DNA of 64,000 bases from Blastocystis sp. Blastoise. Its lineage: Eukaryota; Protista; Bigyra: Opalinata. This document shows, in pieces, positions 22,474-35,717 of this stretch. The stretch lies in assembly GCA_039096225.1 (NCBI GenBank), contig JBBPEB010000014.1, positions 248,001 through 312,000 of the forward strand. The letters are read 5' to 3'. Below the pieces are notes generated by a model, which had not been told where the DNA came from, did no database searches, and was given only the letters and a program-made list of their open reading frames with translations. The position numbers and the translations under genes are program-made. Each line of letters opens with the position of its first letter. The first letter of the stretch is position 1.

Positions 22474-23539
22474 ATGAGTGGGATTATTGCGTCAAAACTA
22501 AAGATACTTTGCTTTCATGGATATCTTATGGATGCAACAAGTATGGCAAAAACAATGGAACCTATAGTTAGACAATTATCGGATATTGCCACCTTTTGTA
22601 TGTAATATATTGGTGAATTTATGCATCTTAAACTATAACTATAGCATACTTGGATGGACTTATACCTTTAACTGTTGAAAACAAATTTCGTAGTCAAGAT
22701 GACCCTAATATTTAGTATTTCTTTAATAATCTGCGATTTTTTATATCCTATACTCTATTTCATTTATTTTTAATTGTAGCATAACAAGAAGAACATGGTA
22801 TAAATTTGAGAATGATACATATTTTGAGTTTGATAAGACATTAGATTATATAAAGAATTATTTAAAGAATAGTGAATCCTATGATGGTATTTTAGGATTC
22901 AGTCAAGGAGGTATAATAGCATCTACATTAGTTGCATTACAACAAAAAGGTAAACATTTTCTCTTATTCTATATATATATATATATATATATATTATTAT
23001 TATTATTATTGTTATTATTATTATTATTGTTATTAATATTATTATAAATCTATTTATTATTATTTTAGGAGAAATCAAAACAAACTTTAAGTTTGTTATC
23101 TCAGTTGGAAGTTCATTACCTAAAGATATGAATGTTCGAAATGTATATATATAAATAATGAAAATGATCTTTTGATTATAACAAAATAAAAATTATTTTA
23201 TTAGTTTCTCATCATTTTTTTTAAATCTATACAAGTCTTCTTTCTTTGATAGTTTATAGTTATTTTTTATTTCTATAGCAAGTATTTGGTGATATGCAAC
23301 TCTTGTTACCTTCATTACATATATATGGGAAAACAGATAAAGTTGTTGTTCCTGAACGATCTCAGTATATTTTAATTTTCCTTTATTCTTATTTATTTCT
23401 AATCTTTCATTGTTATAGAATACTTATTTCCAGATATAAAAACCCAACTGTATTTACACATGACTTTGGCCATTATATTCCTCGACATCCTGCAGCAATT
23501 CAAGCCTATCGAAGTTTCTTGATAAAACAAATGAATTGA
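22474..23539 (+). CDS. FSH1/OVCA2-family serine hydrolase (6 exons)
   Basis: LCFHGY, DGILGFSQG, LHIYGKTD and HDFGH motifs give a Ser-Asp-His triad. Confidence 0.9.
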
Positions 23540-24020
23540 AACTCTCATTTTCTAGATTCTCTTGTTCTTTTGATATTTCTATTCTTAAATTAGTTTTATA
23601 TATTCATGATTCGATTTATTATTATTATTACAATCATTATTAGGGGTATAATTAATAGAAGTGAGCTGAGTTTTTGTTGAACATGAATATTTATTTAATC
23701 TGAGTCTCTAAAATACAATTTATTAACTCACAGATGGCACTCACAGTCTTTTTGGTAATAGAATAATTCAACTAATTCATCGAAATATTGTCTAGACTGA
23801 TAGGGATCTTATGATTAGATATATATGCACTTCACTTGATAAAGAGTGTCTGATATAGTTTCTTGCGAGTGCGTATAGGATTCTTACACTAAAAATTCCT
23901 TAATTTTTTTTAGTAATAAATTCGTTTTATTGGGAAAAAAGCAAACACATAATAGTTCATCCAATAAGAAGGATAGAATTTTTTTATTTTTCGATACTAT
24001 TTTTATTCTGATAGACTTTC

Positions 24021-25565
24021 ATGAAGATATCAATTCTATTTCTATTGATTTTGTTCAGATGCATAATACATGCTCAGCAATGGTATACAAACAAATATCC
24101 GTCTAAAAACATACAATTAATGTGGGACATTGTCAGAATAAATAAATGTAGTGACATGAATGTATTTGTATGTATTTCTATATGCTTGTTCTAAAAATAA
24201 TAATACGTTTCAGTTGTTTTTTCATATACATTTTTTATTTTTTTAATTCTAGAATACGAGTTGTCCATTAGCACAATACTATAGTGGTAGTATTGGTGAA
24301 TCAAAGATTATATATAATAAAAAAACAGAAACAAAAGGCACCTTTATAGTCTATAACAACGATACATTGATTCTATCTTTAAGAGGTACGGAGACGCTTA
24401 CACAATGTTTCTATGATGTCCTTGCAGGATTCTTTACAACGGTACCCTATTTGGATTCATCGATGAAGATTGGATTAGGGTATCATTTGTCTTATGAATC
24501 CGTAAAAGATCAAGTATATGTTATTTAGATATATATATACATTTTCTAAATGATATTACTGATTGATCTAAACAATTTCGAACTATATAGATCTATGAAA
24601 ATTATTATTACTTTGTTAATAAGTATAATATCAAAAAAGTGTACTTTTCTGGACATGTATATAGTTTTAGTATATTAAATAAATATTGTTTATAATGATT
24701 AGTTATATAAATATATTATTGTTTCTCTTTATATTATTTTTTGAGTAATATAAATAGATTATTGTGTCTTTTATTTTTTTTAATAATAATAATAATTATT
24801 ATTATAGATATTATATATATATAGTCTTTAGGTGGTTCTTTAGCTGCGTTGGCTGCTATAGAAATGTGGATGACACATGGTATATATATTAATGGTATAT
24901 ATTCGTTTGGAAGTCCTCGCGTTGGAAATAAGCCATTCTCTGATTTCTTTAATCTTCAAATACGTAAATATATTTAGTTAGCATATTATATTAATATTTG
25001 CTTTTTTTATTTATTATTAATATTTATCTATATTTTATTTATTATTTTATTCATTTATATATATTTTATTTATTTATATATATATTATTTATTTATATCA
25101 CATTATTATATTACTATATACCTCGTTTCTACCGAGTTGTTAATAATGAAGATCCTGTTCCTCACTTTCCCTTCTTATATCAGGGATTCAGACATATGGG
25201 GATTGAAGTATATATATATTATTTCTCTTCATTCTTATTATCACTTATTATCATCAGTTTTATAACTATATATATATATATATATATATTCCTATTACTT
25301 CTCCTTCTTATTATCACTTATTCTCATCTATTATATATATATATAGATATGGATTAATTTAGATAATAGTATACGTAATATCTGTACTCCTTCTATTTCT
25401 ATCGACTCTCACACTCATGTAGATCCAGCTACAAATCAATTCATATATACAGAAGACCCTGTTCCCTCCATCAACCAATGTTCTGAACCTAATTTCATTA
25501 AAGGTAACGCAGATCACGTGACTTATCTGAACAGTCTTATCTTTGACTGTCTCTCTCATCCTTAA
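24021..25565 (+). CDS. Secreted class-3 (fungal-type) lipase (6 exons)
   Basis: Hydrophobic N-terminus; LRGT, GHSLGG, SFGSPRVGN, DPVPH, HMGIEIW and DHVTYL motifs. One GT-AC intron. Confidence 0.9.
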
Positions 25566-25580
25566 TCTTACTCTATCTCT

Positions 25581-25629
<49 letters not shown>

Positions 25630-26602
25630 AAAACCTTTCTTTTTCTAATATTTTATTTTTATATATAACTTGGTACCAAAGTTATATTATTCTTACTTCT
25701 TTTTTTCTATAATTATGTTTCATATTTCTTTTGTTTTTGTAAATATTTATGTTTTTCTTCTATATTCTCTCTGTTTTGTATTCGATATAGTCTCTTTTCA
25801 TAAACACAACTGAAACTATGATTTAGGCTCTTATTATAATCTATTTTTTTCTCTTTCTATTGACTTGAAATATATAAATATTATTAAGAAAATCAATACT
25901 GTTTTTATCTTCTTTTTTAATATTCTCAAGATAAGATCTATAAAAGAACGCTTATATATAGAGAAAAATATGAAAGTGACTCTTTCAAATGACTTTATTT
26001 TTCTCTATATAGAACATAATAATATACAACCAACTTAAATCATAATACGTGCTTCAACATACAATACCCAATATAAGTGAAACTAGTCATCTGCTTTTTA
26101 AAGAGCGATAATGCATATACTAAATCTTTTAATTATATTCAAGTATTCATATAAGCTAAAAAATGAAATATAAAGACAATCAGATGAATATTCTAATCAA
26201 ACTCAACTCATGTGATATCAAACAACAATGTATAACAACTCAATGCATAAATTAGAAAATAATCATCATTTATTGATAGCATAAGTCTAAAAAGTCAAAA
26301 ACCACAGAAAAGAAAACACAAAATAAGATTCGATATGACACCCCTCTATGAAAGAAAACAATAATTCTATTAATATTGTGAAAAAATAAAAATCAAGTGA
26401 GAATTTCATAATCACCATGAATATTAAAAGATCATCTTGAAGCAACTGTTTCTCTTTCTTATGACCTCATTCTTGTCAATTGCTCAATTATGAATGATTT
26501 AAATAGCTTTTTGAATATGATATTGATATAAAACTCATAAATTATTTATTTTTCAATAAAGAAATATTAAATCTACTTATAACTTATAACTTATTAAATA
26601 AA

Positions 26603-27223
26603 ATGGCTCCTACTATTCGTGCTCCTGCTCCTACCTTCACTCTTGCTGGTGCTAAACAAGGTGATATCGTTAATTCTTGGTCTCTTGAAGAACAAAAAGG
26701 ATCTTGGACTTGTATTCTCTTCTATCCTATGGATTTCACTTTTGTTTGTCCTACTGAAATTATTTCTTATTCTAAGGCTATTGATGAATTCACTGCTCTT
26801 AACTGTAACATCGTAGGTATTTCTGGTGATTCTCCTTATGTTCATCTTACTTGGGAAATTACTCCTGCTACTCAAGGTGGTTTAGAAAATCAAGTTGTCT
26901 TCCCTCTTCTTTCTGATGTTGATCGTGAAGTTATGAAGGCTTATGGTGTTTATAATCCTGATAAATCTGGTCTTGATTATGCTCAAGCTTTCCGTGGTTT
27001 ATTCTTAATTGATGATAAGGGTGTTCTTCGTCATGTATATATTAATGATAATGGTGTTGGTCGTAATGTTGATGAAACTCTTCGTGTTCTTGAAGGTCTT
27101 CAATATACTGATAAATTTGGTGAAGTTTGCCCTGCTGGATGGCATAAGGGTGATAAGGGAATGAAAACTACTAAAGCAGGTATCTCTCAATTCCTCGTCA
27201 AGAAATTATCTGAAAAGAATTAA
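26603..27223 (+). CDS. Typical 2-Cys peroxiredoxin (AhpC/Prx1), intronless
   Basis: FYPMDFTFVCPTE peroxidatic motif and EVCPAGW resolving Cys; strong codon bias. Confidence 0.96.
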   Translation: MAPTIRAPAPTFTLAGAKQGDIVNSWSLEEQKGSWTCILFYPMDFTFVCPTEIISYSKAIDEFTALNCNIVGISGDSPYVHLTWEITPATQGGLENQVVFPLLSDVDREVMKAYGVYNPDKSGLDYAQAFRGLFLIDDKGVLRHVYINDNGVGRNVDETLRVLEGLQYTDKFGEVCPAGWHKGDKGMKTTKAGISQFLVKKLSEKN

Positions 27224-27384
27224 AAAAATAGTTTTCTTATATATATATATATTTTTTTATTTTTACACTTTTTCCTTTGTTTTAAAACTAGTTGCATCTT
27301 TTGAAAAAAAATTGTTTTGTTCAACTTTTAATTAATAGTATTAAAAAACAATATACGCTATATACAATGAAGAAAATATGGTTA

Positions 27385-29244
27385 TTATTGACTATAAAAG
27401 TTATTATGTATATCTTCTAATATTTCATTGGATTGTGTTATTTCATCATAGGTTGATACACCATAAATAAATTTAGGAGCAGAACGAACAACAGAACCCC
27501 TATATATATATATATATATAATATTTGGATAATAAAAGAGTGAAAAACATATAAAAAAATGAATAATATATACGCTGCAAGAATAGCAATGTTGTGCACA
27601 TTAACAGTTGGAGTATTTGTTCTTGAAACAGCTTCTTTCCCTTTAACATAGATAAGAGTATCTATATATATATTTATAGAATAGTAATAATTTGTCATAT
27701 GAAAAATGATATTTATAAATAGAATAAGATTATATTACCATTTGCAATAGTAGAGACAATTTTCTCCATGTCATTCCATTTTTCAGGAACAATCAAATTC
27801 TATTTAATGAAACATATAGAAGTGAATGAAAAACATATTTATATATATGTATATAGATGAATATTTATATATATACGTTAAATTTGAGATTAATATCCTG
27901 TTTTTTATTATCTTCTAACGTTCTTGTTATTCCCATAAAATATAAATGTTCCCCAAATTTTCGAACAACTCGTACAAATCCAAAACAGTATACAGTCTCG
28001 CCTTCCCATGGGAATTCTTTATTGTTACTATCCAATAAGAGCTTTTCCCGTGTTAATAACGGTTTAGTTATTCCATATATATCGATAGGTATTGCTAGAG
28101 AAAAAGTAATAAAATCATTTATAAGATAAGAATGTCTTATAATAATAATAATAATTATTATTATTATTATTATGATTATTATTATATACGTAGATTAGGA
28201 ATAAAATAAAAGTTTGGTTTATCATAATATATATTAGTTTGTTTACAGAGTGTATTATAATCCCATATACGAACCAGATTCTTATCACTTAGTATTCTAT
28301 TATCTGTATATCTATAGAGTAATAATAAGTATAACAAGTATAATAATAAGTCTAGCAAGTATAATAATAAGTAATCAAGTATTAAAAAAATAAAAACATA
28401 ATAATATCTCAAATAATCATAATAAATAATAATTAATAATTAATAATACTATTCACATAAAACTAATACTACATATATTATTAACTATATCTTCTATACT
28501 CCTTTGACGGTAATAGTCCATGAATATTTGATTGTACTTCAAAGAAATTACAGCAAGGAATACATATACATCCACAGAGTTCTTGACAGTCTATAGAGCG
28601 TAAACAGTCCTCAATACCGACATGACAATGAACCATAACCAATATAAGACGACGACAACGAAGACGAACCTATATGAAAAATCAAAAGAAATAGAAAACA
28701 ATATATACATATATTATTCATATTATATATATTAATATGGAATTCATATATATATATGAATAATACACATACATCTTGAATACATTCACCCCAAAAATGA
28801 AGATGTGCAATCTTTGACCATCTATTACGAATTTCTTTTTTAATAACTGTTGTATCTCTTTTTCTAACTAATAGATCTTCCTTATTTGTATGTGTTGCAC
28901 CTTCACGGAGAATTGGATCAATACTGAAACATTCCCAACCAGAAGTACGATATGCAAACATTGCTGCAGTTCGAGGTGTCATACCATCACCAACACAGAC
29001 AATACAGTCTGAAAGACCTGTATCATTCTTTACTTTAGGAATCTGTGACAGAATGGAGTGATATGTATTTTCATATGCACCAACAGTCTCTGTCAACTCT
29101 TTTGCATTTGGAAACCTAATTTATATTAGTGAATAATACAATTCTTTAAAGAACTACACACATTTGCATGCTTATGAAATCTGGAGCACATGCTAGATTA
29201 CCAACAAAGTCATCTAAGTAATATAGTGAGTGGTTTTGATCCAT
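27385..29244 (-). CDS. Putative SAM-dependent methyltransferase-like protein with C-terminal anticodon-binding-type OB fold (8 exons)
   Basis: FPNAKELTE, CVGDG..PRTA, SIDP, MVHCH and IPCC motifs, then GETVYCFGFVRVVRKFGEHLYF...DTLIYVKG...SRT, which resembles the OB fold of class IIb aminoacyl-tRNA synthetases. Confidence 0.6.
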
Positions 29245-29535
29245 TGTCTTTAAAAACTATATCAACAAAGAAGTCTTTTACAAAAAATTCTCACTTTCTC
29301 TTTTCTCATGAATTTTATCATTTTCATTAGTGTTTCAAATAAAAAAATCATTATTAAATAACGAAATGATAAACAAAGAGGAATATCTAATAATAATACA
29401 ACTAAGAAAAATAAATGTGATTATCAACAATCACCAATGGTTGTTGGAAGTTCGAAAACAAAGAAAAAGAAAAAGTGGAAAAAGAAACAGAAATCAATGA
29501 AAAAAAATTTTTTACAACTTTTTGTAACGATTAAA

Positions 29536-31504
29536 CTATCGATTCATTTCCTTAATACTCTCAGAGAATTTGCAAAATAGTGGGAAATGATCAGAATAAT
29601 TTCTTGTCAAAATATTTTCTACAACATTACACGAAGGTATTCCATATATTTGTTTTGCAGCATCATTCATAAAAAGCTGTGTAACACGTAATTTCAATAA
29701 CTATATATCACATATAATATTATTCATAGATAAAAACTAAAATAAAAAGAATAACTGAATACAGATTGATTAGGAGCTTGGTCATATCCCTTATTTGTAG
29801 GTTGTGTATATAAACACTTCTTATTCCCGCGGGAAATAATATCGGTGAACCCGTTATTTAGGAACAGATCCATTGTTTTTGTATATATTGTTTGATTATA
29901 AACAAGTTTGTTATATAAAGTGGTTTTCACATATCTATATATATATATATATAATAAGTTGTAGGATACTAATGTTTTCTTTGAATAAAAAATGATTATT
30001 ACGTTTAATATTAATACATTTACAATTATAATATTTTTTATGAATATATACTTTTTGAGAATTTCAGTTTGGGATTGTATACATTTTTTAAATGTATTTG
30101 GAATACTATTCATATCTCCAAGTACCACAATAGGTGTCTATAAAGAAAGTTTATTATTATTATTATTATATATATAGATACTAATGAAGAAAGATTGATG
30201 ATATCGGCCATAACACTACTAACTTCAGATTCCCGCGATTCTACACGATGGGGGTTTAGATGAATACACTATATATATAGAAGAGTATGTATTTCAATGA
30301 TATATAATCGATAGTAGAGATAACTTGTTATATGAAAGTGAATAACTTTAAAAAGATGATAATAATAATAATATACAAAGAAATGAATTCCTTGTGTTGA
30401 TATATGTAAAATAGATCTCGATGAATACAGAGATTGTTTATATATGTATATAGGAGAAATAGATCCAATAACTATATATATATATAGATAATATGTAACT
30501 ATTGAAGATTATATAATATGCTCTATATATACAAAGTGGGTAATCCCCGTGGGAATGGAAATAATAAGGATATCCACTTGTTTCTATATAACTAAAGAAT
30601 TCCTGTTGGCTTTCCATGGAGGGTACCTCATTAAGAAGGAAGAAGGTTGGCTTATATTCTAGAAGTAAGGAAGATAAATTGTTTGCAGACATACTTGAGA
30701 ACCCATTTATATTATACTATATATAGAAAACATTAAATATATAATAATAATAATATATATATATATATATATTTATATACAATGAATATAGAGTGTTTAT
30801 GATATGCATGTGTATCATGTTCAGGAAGACGCGGACACTGATCAGCATACTATATATAATAATAAGTATAATAATAAATATCATATTAATATAATATATG
30901 CAATAACAGACTGTAAATGATAATAATAAGTATAATAAGTATAATCATAATAATCATAATAATAATAATAAGTATAATAATAATAATAACATAAAAAGAC
31001 AAATAAATATACCGATAGAGAAGGGATTGTGTTTGTATATCCTTGATATCCCTCTCTCCACGCTGGATCCTCTTTAGTTGAGGGATAGTCACGTGTTTTT
31101 TCATGATTATAGAGAGTTACAAGTGGAGTTATAGTTGCTAAAGGATATAAAGGATGAAGAGGTGCTACAGGGATGGAAGAACGATGGAGAAGAAGGGAAT
31201 GAATACCAATATAAGGATATAAGGTAGTAAAATTGATATACTATATATATATATATTGATAGAAATAGAGCATACTTCTTGTGTCCAATAGAGTTGGTTC
31301 AGAGCCGATAACCGCGGGAATGTTCGACATAAAATATTCGATGTGTCCATCTGTTCTGTCCATAAAGCAGCCTCTCCTCCAAGAATATAGGGGAGAAACG
31401 ATTCTTTATAGAGATATGTATTATTATATGTTATATTATTATATATGATATTATTATATATTATATTATTATATATTATATTATTATATTTATTATTATA
31501 ATAT

Positions 31505-31546
<42 letters not shown>

Positions 31547-32153
31547 GCTATTTATTATTATATTATAATATTTGTTATTAATTGTCTTACTCTTAGACTG
31601 TTTTGAAGGATATATATATTTGAATGTGATATTAGGATAGAGAGGAGGAGGAGAGAGAGAAGAATAAAAGTTGAGATTGAGGGAAGATGGTTCATATGCA
31701 TATAATTCCTGAAGGGATGATGTCCAATCTAAATAAGTACATCTATATATATATATATGGAAATATTAAATATATATAGAAAACAAATTATTGATATAAA
31801 TTGATAAAATAATCAAAATGATTTAAATATATATATATATATATATCAAAAATAATATGAATATACAAAGAGTTGATAATACGATATCCCATTTTGATAA
31901 TAGATACAGCTGATGTTTCTCCAACACGAATAGAACCACCCCAACACCGCCAAATCTGAAACAGAGTCCCGCGGGGAAGAGGAGTCACATAAGGATAGTC
32001 GATGGCTTCTTCCCATAAAATGGCTTGTTTCCCACGGGAAACGGTGTAATTCACAAAGTAACTAATAAAATTAGCTGTATACTCTCTATAGATAGATATA
32101 TATTAAAATAAAACAAAAATAGTGTAATATAAGAAACAGAATTAGAGAAATAC

Positions 32154-32189
<36 letters not shown>

Positions 32190-33025
32190 CTTATATTCAT
32201 AATAATTCTTTGTTTTTAAGTTTGGGTCACTCTTCCAGCACGTGTAAGATACCTCGTCACCTCCCAAATGTACATAACGGTCAGGGAATAATGAAATTAA
32301 TTTATCAAGAATAAACGTCTAGATAAAAAGCGTATATCGAAAATATATATTTCTTTAAAGAAATTATATACAATTAGTGAAAAAGTCTCATTTTTAAATG
32401 GATGAATCATATATTTATTTTCCATAGAATAATCACGGTTATTTGTTTCTTGTCCACATTGAGCAGCTGTCTTAGGAAAACAGCGAGAGATACCGCCAGT
32501 ATGTCCCGGTAAATCGAGTTCTGGAATAACACTATACAAATCATATATATTAATTTAGAGAGAATAATATATATGAAAATATATACATAAATATATATAA
32601 TAATATATCTATGTAAAAATATACATAAATATAGAGAATAATATATATATATAAATATAATATAAAATTAATAGAAATAAAATCTACATATATATTCATA
32701 GGAATAAAAAGATTTATATAAAATATATAAATAATATAACTAACATATATATATATACCGAATTCCTCTGACTCTTGCGTAGTTGATAATATTTAGAATA
32801 TCTATTTCATTATAAACATGAGAATAAATACTTCGTTCGGATTGTTTATCATTTGATATATACTCTGGAAGTATACCACACTGCATATTAGGCAGCAGGA
32901 AATCACGTTCTTGGGATGGGAATAAAACCGTCTTCTGCAGAACACGTGGCGTTGATGATGGCTTCAGAGGTATCTAATAATACATATATAGAGAATAGTA
33001 TAAGCAAAGAAATGATAAAAAAATG

Positions 33026-33064
<39 letters not shown>

Positions 33065-33778
33065 GAAAATAAAACAATTATATAATAATAATAGATACAT
33101 TATCTTTAAAGAATTGGATATTAAATTGAGCACCATCAAACATATGCCAATGTAAAACATTTGATTTCTCTATATACATTCCCGTGATTATTTTCTGAAT
33201 AGCAAGAAGTGATTGGAAGTGTCTATTTGTATCAAGAGACAATCCTCTCCAAAGATAATGAGGATAATCGTAAATTAAACAAGAGATACCAAATGGAGAA
33301 TTAGGGAGAGACACAAATGGGAATGAAGAATAATTGAATTGAATATTAGGTATATGAGATATAATTGAATATAAATGATTCATTTCTGATTGTAATGTAA
33401 GAGTAGATTTCTCTATATATTGTTTAGAAGGGAAATAGAGTGAGATTGATCTAGAAGGTTGAATTAATTGATATAAAGAGGAAAAGGATCGAATAACTCC
33501 ATAAATAGAATGAGTATGTATATAGATATATGGAGATGTCAAGTAAAGAAGATAGCTTTCTTCCATATCTAAAGAAGGAAAAGAAGACAAAGAAAGACCT
33601 TCGGGAGTGTCTATATATATATGAACTCCTTGTATTACAGGATTAGACATCTCTTTACTATATAACGAGATATAGAGGTGTGAATAGAGTAAGAAGTGAA
33701 AAGAAATATTGTTTTTTTATGTAAATAAGATATAATGAATTATATAGCATAATAATAATGAATAAAAAGAATTGAATA

Positions 33779-33830
<52 letters not shown>

Positions 33831-34675
33831 TGTAGTATTTGATTGTATAAGAGAACAAGGAGATGTTTGAGTAATAGAAGAGGGAGGAGTGAAGAGATCC
33901 TGAAAGGCAGTAATAATATCTTGAAGTATAGAGAGATTCTATTATAAAGAAATCATAAGTAAACATAGATTATAAGCATTGATATATACATATATAGATA
34001 TACAAACCATATATGTATATATATAATCATAAATTATTATATAATTATATATATACATCTGGGATATAAAGAGAATGAACAAAAACATAAAATGTAGAAT
34101 GAACAGGAACTTCTTTTAGAATTCCATGAGATTTATACTTCATCGATCTGTATACAAAGAGGATTCACAGTGATGAAATAAAGTAGATAAAAACAACTAT
34201 TTAGAATTAATATATACGAATAAACAATATGATTAGGTTTAGGAAAAATCAAGTTGTAAGGATCCAAAGTGACATATTTCGTTTCCTTTTCTCCCTCTGT
34301 CATCAGTGTGCATTGAAAGAGAATCATATTATCTAAAAATCAATTATAAAAAAGAAAAACTCCAGAATTACCTTTATTTTGACTTTTTGACGTCTTACTT
34401 TCTTTTCTATTATCAATGTTCGGTTCATTTTCTAATACTTTTAAATCATGTTTTTGAGAAAGCTTATTCATATTGGCTGAAACTCTCCAGAGACTTTTAA
34501 TTCTCTTAATTGGATTATCATGATATGTTTTTCGGTCCATGTAATCATTGTTAGAGTAAGTGATCTTAATTCATAGTCAATATTATAATTATATACATAC
34601 TAGATTAAAAACAAGTGTTGTTAAACACCCCACTATCGCGAGAAGTGTAATCACTAAGATGTATTCTGTCTTCAT
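29536..34675 (-). CDS. GH20 beta-N-acetylhexosaminidase fused to a C-terminal endonuclease/exonuclease/phosphatase (EEP) domain; N-terminal signal anchor; about 19 exons
   Basis: GH20 motifs [36 protein letters not shown] and GGEAALWTE, continuing in frame through GT-AG introns into EEP motifs YNING, LLNE, IHL, VLGDMN and SDHFPL. Confidence 0.85.
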
Positions 34676-35717
34676 ATATAGATTTAATGATAAATAAACC
34701 TATGTTGACGAACTGCTAAAAAGCAACTGAAATCACTTTTCGATCAAAAATGTACGGTAAATGAATTTGAAAAATCGTTGAAAATGTCTGAATTCAAATT
34801 TTTAATTACATTTTTCTCTTAAAGTGTATATATTATAATGTAATAAATTGTTCATGATAGAATACATAATTGTTTTTCTTGAAATATATACTTGATAACA
34901 CTATAAAATCAAAAACTATAACCAACCAAAACTTCTAATGATTCAATCGTAGAAACGCATAGGATCGTTAATTAATACATTATGTATATTGTTCTTCATA
35001 ATTACTAGCTGATAGTCACCAGATATGCACATCTCGTAATCATGGATATCAGATTTCATTGTTTTGATCAACTGTATTAAATACATATTTAGATATATAT
35101 AACAACGAAATAGTCACCTCATCCATATTGATGGATAACTTGTTTTTGACAAATCGGTTTTAAGAAAATACAGTAGATATGTGATTTTATATATGATTCA
35201 ACGTTTTTACATATTCTTCGTATTCCTCCATCGTACTTAGCAACTAATACTTACTATTTCTTCAATCAACAAAAATATGTAATCTACAATTATCAAATTA
35301 TATTTCACATTAATCTTTCTTTACTTCTTTAGATATCAATATTGACATCAATTTTATTTCTATTTCAGTTTCCTATGTTAAATCTCATATTTGTATCTAA
35401 AAATGTCGAAGTGCATCTTTTTAACGGCTGGGACGACGTCGATTTCGTTATTAATTTTTCCTCCATAAACAAAGTTATAATCATGGGAAAAGAAGTATTG
35501 ATTATCCAATAGGAACAATTCGGTTGTAGAATGAGAGAATAGTCTTTCTAGAATGGCAATTGGTCACAGAGCTAGCCAATAAGATCGTCTAGAATGAAAG
35601 AAAGAGCTATTTGTGTCTTAGCAGTCTTAAAGATGGTCTGACGCATCTGGTCTTTTCAAAGGCTTGAAGAGATCATGATTTATTTTCTTTTTGTTGATAC
35701 TCTAATATTTGATAATC

